A stretch of 64,000 nt of DNA, taken from the NCBI GenBank assembly GCA_028280575.1, contig JANQLN010000068.1, positions 19,580 to 83,579 on the forward strand, read 5' to 3'. Positions 31,802 to 41,292 of this stretch are shown in pieces. The position numbers were made by a program, and so were the translations under genes. The notes under the pieces were generated by a model that worked only from the letters and a program-made list of their open reading frames with translations, made no database searches and was not told the DNA's origin. The first letter of the stretch is position 1. Each line of letters starts with the position of its first letter. This DNA comes from Clostridia bacterium (GTDB lineage: Bacteria; Bacillota; Clostridia; Acetivibrionales; STF1-152).

Positions 31802-32100
31802 TTTATTGAATAATGAAAGAAAATAAACGATTATAGAACAATATCTTATTAAATCAATTTTCTGTATTCAAATAAATTATTTCGGACTACAATGGTCATC
31901 ACACCACCCACCGGAATAATTTGAACAAGCTCCAGCTACAATTTGATTATTGATTGATTCCTGATCCAGCTTTATGAGTTTAAGTGCTCTCCATTTCATG
32001 CATACCACCTCCTTTACATTCTCTTATAGTATGCTATATAAAATACGTAAATAGTTAATGATAAGTCTAGTTTTCGCTTTTCCCTTCATTATTCAATAAA
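31802..32100. repeat. Perfect 16-bp inverted repeat enclosing the precursor gene
   Basis: tttattgaataatgaa (31802-31817) and ttcattattcaataaa (32085-32100). Confidence 0.85.
31877..31999 (-). CDS. Putative RiPP precursor peptide, 40 aa: MKWRALKLIKLDQESINNQIVAGACSNYSGGWCDDHCSPK
   Basis: Hand-translated; strong RBS aaaggaggtgg upstream of the ATG at 31999; co-oriented in the cluster; Cys/Ser/aromatic C-terminal core. Confidence 0.88.
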   Translation of the reverse strand: MKWRALKLIKLDQESINNQIVAGACSNYSGGWCDDHCSPK

Positions 32101-32240
32101 TAGCAGTCAATAATTACTTTAATAGGAATTATATCAATTAACATACAGCATACAAAAATGATTTAAACAAGTTCTTCTATGATTTATTTATTAAATGTAT
32201 TTTACTCTAATTCCTAAGCTTAGAGATCATTAATTCCATT

Positions 32241-33791
32241 TCAACCTTTACAGATTACACCTTCCCCTTGCAAATATTTCCTGTTGTATTCTATATTTTT
32301 TATATTGTCTTGTGACAATAACGGCTTTATTACGCTGAAGCGGTCTTCACAGAAAAGTCTATCAAGGAAAGGGATCGGCCAAGTATTATATTCAGATTCT
32401 GCTAATCCAAACCGATCTAAAAAACCCGGTTCGCCTATTTCTAATTCCTGATAGGGTTCCAATATTGACTTATCGTCGAAAACCAAAGCTGTATAATACA
32501 AGGTGTAATATATGTATTTTTCAATATCATATAGTTTTGCTATCTTAATTACTAGGTCAGTATTTATATTCTCTTTCTTTACTAAACTATATACATCACA
32601 AAATCTACGTAAGCTTATACTTTTATTTCCGGATAATAAGTACAAAGAGCTATGTTCCTTATAATTGTGCAGACAATATTGTATAAAAGCCTTTTCAATG
32701 GAAAGTGTATAGAAATCAACCGAACCATATGTAGTCTTTACGGTATCTGATAAAAAATCTTTTATTTCTATAGATTGGCTTTCATGTTTCCCCCATAAGA
32801 TAGCAAAGTTAATGTTTATGCATATAAAGGGTATTCGTTCATCTGTATTAGGTTTTATATAAGGTAAAACTTGATTAGTAGAGTTTAAATAAAATAACAT
32901 CTGCTTTCGTGTAAATTTAGAAATGGTCATATTCTTATTCAGATATCCCTGTACGAAACCCTGTCTTTCTAATATAGATATAATATCTTGGAGATTTTGC
33001 TTGTCAATCAATATATTTATTTCTGATGAACCACTATAAGATTCGTCTTTATATACAGCTTTAGCTAAAGGTAGCCCTTTTATAATTGCATAGGGAAAAT
33101 CTATAGCAGAAATTATTGGGGGTAGCATATTATATAGTACCTGATAAGCTGATTTATTCAATACTCTCTTTACTCTTGATACAGCATCTAAGTTAAATTC
33201 TTTAAAACCATTCACTTTTGATAATAATTCTGTAATATTGTGACGTCGAAATATTCTCAAAGTATCTGCCAATATGTTTTTTGATAAGTGAGCAGTGTCA
33301 ATTAACCCCTTCTTAAATATTGAGCGTAATATGTGTAAAACAATATGGTAAAAGTTAGTTTCAACATTTAAGAATAAATTTTTGTACTTTTGATATTCAA
33401 CGTCCTTTATAATTTTTTCAATATTATAATTATAAATCTCTGCTACTTTGTGTACCTTAAAGGCCAAATCGATAAATATATTAATATTATTTATATCTAT
33501 ATATCCTTTTGTTAAATCGATTCCTCCCCTTTTTACAGATATAACTTTGCCTATGACGTTGTTTCTACTAACAAATTCCAAACGAAATGAATTATCACCT
33601 TTGCATAATAAACGGTTTTTTTGAACAGAGATAACTCTATGAACAAGATAACCTTCATCCTTATAAGAAAATACGACGATGTCTCCCGGATGATAATCAC
33701 AAAGTGGCCTTAAGCGAACTAAATCTCCATCTTTCAGGCGTGGATTCATACTAGCCCCTTTTACAATTATTGTAGTACCTTCAATTGTCAA
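32241..33791 (-). CDS. S24/S26 peptidase fused to an NTP_transf_5-type nucleotidyltransferase domain
   Basis: N-terminal GASMNPRLKDGD, LVHRV, KGDN; C-terminal YAIIKG..LA...Y, EINILI, later RRFCD. Confidence 0.8.
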   Translation of the reverse strand: MTIEGTTIIVKGASMNPRLKDGDLVRLRPLCDYHPGDIVVFSYKDEGYLVHRVISVQKNRLLCKGDNSFRLEFVSRNNVIGKVISVKRGGIDLTKGYIDINNINIFIDLAFKVHKVAEIYNYNIEKIIKDVEYQKYKNLFLNVETNFYHIVLHILRSIFKKGLIDTAHLSKNILADTLRIFRRHNITELLSKVNGFKEFNLDAVSRVKRVLNKSAYQVLYNMLPPIISAIDFPYAIIKGLPLAKAVYKDESYSGSSEINILIDKQNLQDIISILERQGFVQGYLNKNMTISKFTRKQMLFYLNSTNQVLPYIKPNTDERIPFICININFAILWGKHESQSIEIKDFLSDTVKTTYGSVDFYTLSIEKAFIQYCLHNYKEHSSLYLLSGNKSISLRRFCDVYSLVKKENINTDLVIKIAKLYDIEKYIYYTLYYTALVFDDKSILEPYQELEIGEPGFLDRFGLAESEYNTWPIPFLDRLFCEDRFSVIKPLLSQDNIKNIEYNRKYLQGEGVICKG

Positions 33792-34599
33792 AGTCCATCC
33801 TCCTTATCACTTGATTTACAAACTTCATTTCAGTGTAACTTATTTTCTTACAGAAGTATTGAGATAGTTGAGTCAGGAATTTTAGATAATTTTCAGATAT
33901 CTTTACTCTTTGAATAGAGTTTTCAAGCAATAGTTTTATTTTTTCTCCACAGTTCAATTTTTCAACTGCATTAGTATTTTCTGTTCTTTCAATTAGAAAT
34001 ATTTTTCCAAGCGGTACATTGCAATTTACTACATTTCCAGGTTTATATATATACCGCTCTGCAATGATATGGTTAAAAAAATGGGTATTAATGTTAATAT
34101 TATTATTATATAATGCTGTTATTCCACCACTCCTCAGATGGATATTACATGGAAAGGGAATTACTTCCTTTGTTTCTCTATCAATTATAGAACAATCATC
34201 TGTAATATAACCAAAATCTTGCTGTATTAAATAAGTAGTCAGTGTTGTCTTTCCACTGCTTGTAGGTCCCACTAGCAAAAAAGCCTCGCCGTTATATTCA
34301 ACTGCTGCTGCATGAATAGCAAAAAAACTTCGATTTATTTCAGTATTTTCATAAATAAAGTTTATTATTGTCTGTAAAGGATTTCTAACTTGTGTTCTTT
34401 TGTTATTCATATCAATCCATATACCGCTATCATTTTTTATTACCTTAATAATAGCGGACTTATTTGTCTGTGCTTTAGCAATAAAAGGCTCGTAATACAT
34501 TTCTATTTGTTTGATTAATTCCTTCATATTGGTATGAATCTCAATATCCGTATCATGGCAGGGTCTATTAATATATAATACATTTGTCATGCAGTCCAA
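33781..34599 (-). CDS. HPr kinase-related (RiPP-type) Ser/Thr kinase
   Basis: IHAAAV...GPTSSGKTTL P-loop and ITDD motif; 11-bp overlap with the peptidase gene. Confidence 0.8.
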   Translation of the reverse strand: MDCMTNVLYINRPCHDTDIEIHTNMKELIKQIEMYYEPFIAKAQTNKSAIIKVIKNDSGIWIDMNNKRTQVRNPLQTIINFIYENTEINRSFFAIHAAAVEYNGEAFLLVGPTSSGKTTLTTYLIQQDFGYITDDCSIIDRETKEVIPFPCNIHLRSGGITALYNNNININTHFFNHIIAERYIYKPGNVVNCNVPLGKIFLIERTENTNAVEKLNCGEKIKLLLENSIQRVKISENYLKFLTQLSQYFCKKISYTEMKFVNQVIRRMDFDN

Positions 34600-35026
34600 A
34601 TAAACATCAACTCCTTTTTTGTTTTTGGCTATCTACTAATTTTATTATTTATGTTTATTATTTATGCAAGTTTCACACAAACATGAACCTTCAAAGTGGA
34701 ATATTTAGTGCACCCTATTTCGTCCTGTCTGTGTTTTTTTTAACCTTTTTGCCGCATCTTTAAATGTAATTTTCCTTATTAAACAGCTACCTCTAAGCTT
34801 ATTATTTTGACCTTTGACATGCCTTTTTGAGCAAAAACAACAATAAGTAAATCCATACAATTTTCAATTGACATATTTATACTATACTATATAATTCAAT
34901 AAAAACCAAACATAAATTGGATTACTTCTTCTTTATATGTGATTACAAATATATGGTATACTATAATTTTATTCACGTCAACCTATTTTTGCTAATTTTG
35001 TGTAATTTATTTTTATTTGTTATTAA

Positions 35027-35480
35027 AGTCAAAGGGATGTTTTGTTTGCTTTAACTATATGTAATGATATATTTATTAGACAAGGGAGATGATTACTATG
35101 CCAAAAAAAGTCAGAATGATAAGTAAAACAGGGAATTTAACACACCACTAGGAATAGTTATGGAAATTACATGTCGGGAATCAAGGGATAGTTGATACGG
35201 ATTTTTGTTTTGGTTACTTTTCAAGTATCAAAGAATACAAAATATAATGAAGAAAAAAGAATGTCTGGATTATTATGACAGGGTGAGGTAAAAAGATGAT
35301 GGATTAAAGAAAAATATAGGTGAAAGGGTTGACATAAAGGTAATGGACACATCGGATATTCGCGTAGAAAAAGATAAAAATGGAAACAGGTGCAAGTATC
35401 AGGCACTTGAATGGTTCTTGGAAAAAATATAATTCAAAAAGCTTAATTAGCAAGTCAAACGAAACGTCCCCTTGACTTGC
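35027..35480 (+). mobile_element. RAYT-like relic, copy 3 (most complete; internally deleted)
   Basis: Inverted REP-like ends (35027-35050, 35450-35480); RBS plus MPKKVRMISKTG at 35098; fragments IVDTDF, ECLDY, TGASIR, NIIQKA*; HUH/Y1 core absent. Confidence 0.72.
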
Positions 35481-35550
35481 TTTTAAATAAATTCGAGAAT
35501 TATAAGACATTTTAAAATTTTCTCCGTATTTATATATGTAAACATAAATT

Positions 35551-36015
35551 GTGAAACAGGAGTTAATTTATATGAATAATGACCTTTTTAAATCTCAGAA
35601 AAATAAAATGATTGCCGGTGTTTGCGGAGGAATTGCCGAATTTACCCGGATAGATGCTACAATAATTCGTTTGGCGGTAGCAGCTATAGCATTTGTATTT
35701 CAACCGATTATTATCCTTTATATAATTGCTGCCATTGTTATACCCAGATATGACGGCAATGCACAATCAAATATGAATGGAACGTGTTCTTCTGAGGGTA
35801 ATCAGGATTCTTACTACAATGCCGGGGATGAAAACGGGCAAAATGATGATTATGATCCGCAAAATACAAGAGTTGTTTTGGGAGGAGCATTGATTTTGAT
35901 TGGTGCAGGTTTTCTTTCAAATTATATGTTTCCACAGTTTTATGAAAAGTTTTTCTGGCCATTTTTATTCATAGCGGCAGGTGCCGCAGTAATATATACT
36001 TCATATAAGAAATAA
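35551..36015 (+). CDS. PspC-domain membrane protein
   Basis: KMIAGVCGGIAE...DATIIRL...YIIAAIVIP plus a C-terminal TM pair. Confidence 0.88.
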   Translation: MKQELIYMNNDLFKSQKNKMIAGVCGGIAEFTRIDATIIRLAVAAIAFVFQPIIILYIIAAIVIPRYDGNAQSNMNGTCSSEGNQDSYYNAGDENGQNDDYDPQNTRVVLGGALILIGAGFLSNYMFPQFYEKFFWPFLFIAAGAAVIYTSYKK

Positions 36016-36360
36016 AAGCATGTAATCCTGCTTATACATGTACCAATCTTTTATTGAAAAAATAGTTAGCTTCAAGTATCATATTAGCTGTTGATTTTTA
36101 AACATTGATAATAAAATTTTCGCTATAGTAATAGTTAACCGGCTTTTATATGCATGTCCGTTTAAAGAAAGATTATGTATTAATAGGTTTAGAGATTTCT
36201 AAAGTGCACATTACCTGTGTAAAAAAATTTTTTTAGAATAAAAAAAACAAATCAATTGGAAATTATTCCCGGAAGCTGCAGGGAGTTTACTTTAATTATA
36301 GTAACAATTTTTTTCTTTTTTGAATAAGATGGTATATAAGAGTTTGGGGAGGTATGTCAA

Positions 36361-36513
36361 TTGGCAGAGAATAGAGGGGTTTTAGATTGGTTTTTTGGAG
36401 ACTGTACAATCTTGTGGTTTATAATTCTTTTCCTGCTATTGTTCTACGGCTGTAATTTTTATGGTACCGGATACAGGGGGGACGCTGTAGATATCGGTCC
36501 GGTGGAGGAGTAG
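36361..36513 (+). CDS. Small 50-aa membrane protein MAENRGVLDWFFGDCTILWFIILFLLLFYGCNFYGTGYRGDAVDIGPVEE
   Basis: Hand-translated; RBS ggggagg before a TTG start; single hydrophobic helix; below the ORF-track size cutoff. Confidence 0.7.
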   Translation: MAENRGVLDWFFGDCTILWFIILFLLLFYGCNFYGTGYRGDAVDIGPVEE

Positions 36514-36710
36514 AATAATTAAATCCATTTATAGTCGGGATTAAGCAGCGGGCTTTTAGGCATTTATTCGTGCCTTGAAAGTCCGTTGATTTATATGAAA
36601 CGTCATTAATTCTTGTAATATGGTTTTTGAAATGTGTTTTCCAAAGCCATATTCTATAGAGTATTACGCTTGCATTTAAGCTGTACATAAAAACGCCGGG
36701 AGGGAATGTA

Positions 36711-38462
36711 ATGTCCGACAATGAACATGTTAAAACAGTGAATGGGAAAGTGCTGGATAATAAAAATGGAATAAATAATATTGAAATTTATCTTTACCGT
36801 GTTGTACAGAAAAGAGAGCTTGAGGATGGTCCGACTGTTTATCTTGAAACTTTTTATGGAAGTACCCGGACATCAAAAGACGGAGGATTTTATTTTATTG
36901 TTCCGGAAGGGGATTATTCGTTAGCGGTTAATATAGATTCACTTCCTGATGGGAAAACCGTATTAAAAAAAGATTACTTTCTGGAAAAATCCGTACACGA
37001 TCTGACCATAAACCTGGTAGGCAAAGAGCTGGAAAAGACCGGCGGCAGCCATATGCCGGAACGGCCGCAGATAAAAAAGGATGCCATTGATATAATCAGG
37101 AGCGACTACAGAAATGGAGTCATTAACAGGGAACAAATGGTAAGGAATATCCTCTACAGTATATTTGACAAATCAAAACTGGCAGAAAAATATACAAAAA
37201 GAAGAAGCATACCTATAAAATGTGCAACTACCGCCTTAGAGGAGATCAGGGAATATTCTGCAAGCAGGTATGCAGATCCTGCCCTGGCGTCAGAAGCAAG
37301 AAGGTATATAAGCAATATGATTCCTTCACTTGAAAAAAGCTATATAAGCAAAAGCGGCAATTTCAAAATATTTTATACAACTGAAGGAAGGCATGCGGTC
37401 TCCCTGAAGGACAGCAATAGAAACGGCGTACCCGATTATATCGAGGACGTAGCTTATGCCATGGAAAATGTAAGGACCGTTACCTGTGGACAGCGCGGCT
37501 TCAAGTATCCGCTCCTGGGCGGAAAAAATAGCTACTATAAAGTCTATCTTTATGACCTTGACGGCATATACGGATATACTGCATCTTCTTATAAAAGAGG
37601 CTATGGCAGCAGGGTAACATCATCTTCCTTTCTGGCGCTTGATAATAACTATTCTTCAAAAAAAGGATTTGAAATATCAAGAAATGCTGCTATGAAAGTT
37701 ACGGCAGCACATGAATATTTCCATGCCGTTCAATATGCGTATAATATGGATGCTGACAAATGGTGGAAGGAAGCTTCGGCAACATGGAATGAAGACGAAT
37801 TGTATTCATCGGTCAATGATTATTTCAGGTATATTGACGATATTTTTGAACAGCCTAATAAATCTTTGGATGAATATACTTACAGCGGTGTAGTGTTTGC
37901 CAAATACATTACCGAGTATAATAAAGGGTATGAAAGCATGAAACGGATTTGGGAAATTCAGAATGAAAAGACCGACAACAGCATTAATGCTATTGACCGG
38001 TTTTCAAAAGAAGGCAAGAATAAAAGCATAGGCGATATATTCAACAGGTTTTCAGCATATAACTTCAATCCTTCACAGTACTACGAAGAGGGCAGACAGT
38101 GGGACAGCAAACTGGCTGTCCAAAATACCTACGAGCAGTACCCTGTATTTTCCAGAAACAACAAGCTTGACCATCTTGCTGCCGATTACCAGCTATTTAA
38201 GTTGAGCGGGGTTAACAGCAGCAATGTCAGAATAACAGTTGAAGGCATCAGCAGTATAAAGTGGGGATTTAAGCTCCAGAAGAAAAGGAAAAGCGACGGC
38301 AGGTGTGACACCACATATATAGAGCTGGGAGAAGCAGCCAACAGGGCGGAGATTATACTAAAGAAGGCAGGGCAAACCTACAGCGAAATATGCCTTATAC
38401 CGGCAAACCTGGATAAAAGCAAAGACGGAGCATCATATGATTATTCCCTAAACATTGAATGA
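36711..38462 (+). CDS. Putative zinc metalloprotease (HEXXH; MXAN_6640-like) with N-terminal beta-sandwich
   Basis: AAHEYFHAVQYAY followed by WWKEASATW; D.N.NGVPDY motif. Confidence 0.7.
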   Translation: MSDNEHVKTVNGKVLDNKNGINNIEIYLYRVVQKRELEDGPTVYLETFYGSTRTSKDGGFYFIVPEGDYSLAVNIDSLPDGKTVLKKDYFLEKSVHDLTINLVGKELEKTGGSHMPERPQIKKDAIDIIRSDYRNGVINREQMVRNILYSIFDKSKLAEKYTKRRSIPIKCATTALEEIREYSASRYADPALASEARRYISNMIPSLEKSYISKSGNFKIFYTTEGRHAVSLKDSNRNGVPDYIEDVAYAMENVRTVTCGQRGFKYPLLGGKNSYYKVYLYDLDGIYGYTASSYKRGYGSRVTSSSFLALDNNYSSKKGFEISRNAAMKVTAAHEYFHAVQYAYNMDADKWWKEASATWNEDELYSSVNDYFRYIDDIFEQPNKSLDEYTYSGVVFAKYITEYNKGYESMKRIWEIQNEKTDNSINAIDRFSKEGKNKSIGDIFNRFSAYNFNPSQYYEEGRQWDSKLAVQNTYEQYPVFSRNNKLDHLAADYQLFKLSGVNSSNVRITVEGISSIKWGFKLQKKRKSDGRCDTTYIELGEAANRAEIILKKAGQTYSEICLIPANLDKSKDGASYDYSLNIE

Positions 38463-38531
38463 GGGAAGGCTTGAATTTTAAATTTATATGGCTTTACAAA
38501 CAGTTTTAGCTTTGGTAACAAAAGCTCTCAG

Positions 38532-39897
38532 CTATTTCCTGCGCTTTCTTTGAAACAGCAGCAGCAGTGAAAGTATAGCCAGGTACCCTGTAAAGGTAAA
38601 TAAGGTAATAATAAAAAACCCGGGTTTGTTTTCCTTTATACCCATTATTGGAAGGGTAAGCAGAATCATTAATGGAAATCCCAAAAATAATCCCACCCCG
38701 CTTCCTAAAAGAAGATGTTTTGCAACAGGTGTTTCAAATTCAGGATCGACTTCCCGCAGCAGGGCAAGACCTGTAGAAATAGTTCCGGTAAGCATTGCAT
38801 AGAAAGCTACAATGCTTTCAATAATATGGCTTTTAAAATGCTTTTTGCATATAAAGATTATATAGGCCATTGTAATAACTCCGCCCAGTATTGTAACAGC
38901 CAGGGTCGGCAGCAGGTATTTATTTAATATGGATAGTGAGATTGCACTTATGGCTGCCGTTATCATAAAATCGAATGAGCCCCCGGCAATTCTCTGCAGT
39001 AAAAAGTTATTAGGATAGTTGCGCGTCATAATATTTTTCTTTTTGAACAGGTCAAATATGATTCTGAGTAATATAGCATATAACGCCCCTATAATAAAAT
39101 TAAATCCCCAGAACAAGTGAGAAAGGGTTTCTCCCATGCTGCCCAAATTGACCAGCAGGACATCAAGCAGTTTTAATGTCAGATATGTTGTTAAATATAC
39201 TATCCCTATTAAAAAAATCTGGACTGAAATCCTGTCGATTGATTCACTTAAGGGAATATCGTCAGGGCTATCCTGTTCACTTACAGCAGAGAGTTTTTTA
39301 TTCCCTGTTTTTGTATAAAGCTTATATTTTCCTTTCCTTACAAGGTAGTTCATAAGAGGAACTCCTCCCAGGCAAGCCCACAAGAAGCCTATGGCGCCTA
39401 TTGATATTCCGATATTGCCGCCTTTCCAAAAGCCGATTGCTTCCCATTGCCTTCCTATTGAAAATGCCTGGCCCGGACCCTGGCCAAAGCCAAGCGGCAG
39501 CAAAAGTCCAAAGGCTTTAAACAGGTCAGGATATATGGTGTATGCCATTACAAGAGATATGCAAAATCCCAGTATACCCTGTATTAAATAGGTAGATACT
39601 ATGACAGCCCCTGAATTGACAACATCTTTGCTTTTGTCTCTTTTTCTTTCCTTAAGGGCAAGGGAGATAAATCCAATAGCCATTAAATGGTATACAAGAG
39701 TACCTAACCTTTCAGGGTCAAGCTTGATAATGTTCAACAGCTCAGGTCCCGCTAATAATCCGATAAATCCTGCAATAATAGAGTTTGGAATAAGGTATTT
39801 TTTAAAAAAGACAACCTTTCGCTTGAAATATGTTGCAATTCCAAGAAACAATGACAATACTGCCACATCGATTACATATCCCCATTCGGTATTCATT
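38532..39897 (-). CDS. Sodium/glutamate symporter family (GltS-like)
   Basis: IPNSIIAG, GFGQGPG, TGLALLREVDP; many TM helices; ATG at about 39897 after ggaggg. Confidence 0.8.
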
Positions 39898-39984
39898 ATA
39901 TCCCTCCATTGATTCCTCGTTTTCTCCCGCCAGGCTTTAAAAGCCAACAAATTGTCCACTAAATTATCAAAAGCAAATTGTAAA

Positions 39985-41196
39985 CTACAGGGCAGCCTTT
40001 TTCTGGGTTATTATTCTTTTAGCCATATTCAAAGCCATTGCCCATTTATATGCAGATATTTTACCCATTGTAAATGTTATTCTGTATAAATCTCCCATAT
40101 AGTAAAATTCAAAAAGCTTATTATATTGAACATTTATTCCATTGATACTATGTATATCAAAAAAGATGGTATCTTTTTTCAAAAGAGCCTTAAATAAAAT
40201 TCCACCTCTTTGAAATTCTGCTTTTCCAAGCCTTATCACTCTAAAAGGTGACATACGCCTGCCCTTTTTTAAAACCGCACCTTTATCTTCAAATATTGTT
40301 TGCTCATCCTTGGATGTTATTATGGTATTGTGAAGCCTGGAAAGCTGCCAATGGTTCCAGTCTGCCGTATTGTCGAAATAATTTTTTTTAGAATTTGACT
40401 TTAAAAACCCAAACCTGTCATAGGTTACACTGTAGCCGCATTCACCGCATATGAATTTATCCTTGTCAGAATACTGTTTACCCAGGGAATTGCATGAGGG
40501 ACATGTAAATAGAAACAATTCAAGGCTTTCTGCAAGCTTTTTACCGTGATACGGGATCATGGCGGCTCTTTGATATTCATACTCGTTATGGGATAGGCTT
40601 ACAGTTAGTCTATCATATATTTTAGCCGTTGACATACCTTTTATTTCTTCTGATTTAAGTACAAGCTTATAGTCAATATTAATAGTCCCGAACCTGGGCC
40701 TGTCCGCCCATCTGGGATAGGAAATGCATCCTCCCTTCAGTACGGCACATACAACCGGGACTTCAAGCTTTTTGACAAGTTTTGCAGTAGGATAAAGGAT
40801 TTTAAGGGTATTGCCGTCCCAGCTCCTTTCTCCTTCCGGATATACACCCACTACGCCGTTATTATTCCTTACACGTAATATTTTTTTTACCGTATCCGAA
40901 TCGGAAATAAATTTTGCTTTTGGTATGCCTCCAACGAGCTTTAATAATAATTTTAGAATTGTATTACGAAAATATTCATCAGATGTTACGAAATGAATGG
41001 GATGTTTTATAAATATGGAAACCATAAAAGGGTCCCAGAAATTGACATGGTTTGCAAAAACCATATATGGAGGTTTAATACCTTTTATACTGCTGGTGTC
41101 GGCATTAAGGCCATATCTGATTCTAATATATTTACCTATTGTAAACTTAAGAAATTTATGAAAAATTCTATTTGTATTTTTATATCTTTTTTTCAT
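39985..41196 (-). CDS. Lysophospholipid (PlsC-like) acyltransferase with Zn-ribbon extension
   Basis: NHVNFWD (HxxxxD), YPEG; CPSC...CGEC. Confidence 0.85.
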   Translation of the reverse strand: MKKRYKNTNRIFHKFLKFTIGKYIRIRYGLNADTSSIKGIKPPYMVFANHVNFWDPFMVSIFIKHPIHFVTSDEYFRNTILKLLLKLVGGIPKAKFISDSDTVKKILRVRNNNGVVGVYPEGERSWDGNTLKILYPTAKLVKKLEVPVVCAVLKGGCISYPRWADRPRFGTINIDYKLVLKSEEIKGMSTAKIYDRLTVSLSHNEYEYQRAAMIPYHGKKLAESLELFLFTCPSCNSLGKQYSDKDKFICGECGYSVTYDRFGFLKSNSKKNYFDNTADWNHWQLSRLHNTIITSKDEQTIFEDKGAVLKKGRRMSPFRVIRLGKAEFQRGGILFKALLKKDTIFFDIHSINGINVQYNKLFEFYYMGDLYRITFTMGKISAYKWAMALNMAKRIITQKKAAL

Positions 41197-41292
41197 AAAA
41201 ACAACTGCCCCAAATAAGTTAATAATCAGTCAATTTGATTGTAGCATACCGGGAGGCAGTTTATCAACAAGAAAATGTTAAAAAACTATCTG

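Noticed and set aside
26471-34599. Lasso peptide cluster (kinase, nucleotidyltransferase and PqqD are typical lasso accessories)
   Set aside because: No asparagine-synthetase-like cyclase or transglutaminase-like B2 peptidase; the precursor lacks the conserved Thr at -2
34600-35026. Additional precursor peptide or riboswitch upstream of the kinase gene
   Set aside because: Only a short ORF (MDLLIVVFAQKGMSKVKIISLEVAV) without an RBS or Cys core was found; no riboswitch consensus recognised
25294-35480. CRISPR array or integron attC sites for the 25-bp palindromes
   Set aside because: Irregular spacing, alternating orientation, no cas genes or tyrosine integrase; the repeats are tied to transposase-like relics
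35221-35510. Minus-strand small ORFs (61 and 68 aa) as RiPP-related genes
   Set aside because: They are antisense to the transposase relic and lack RBSs
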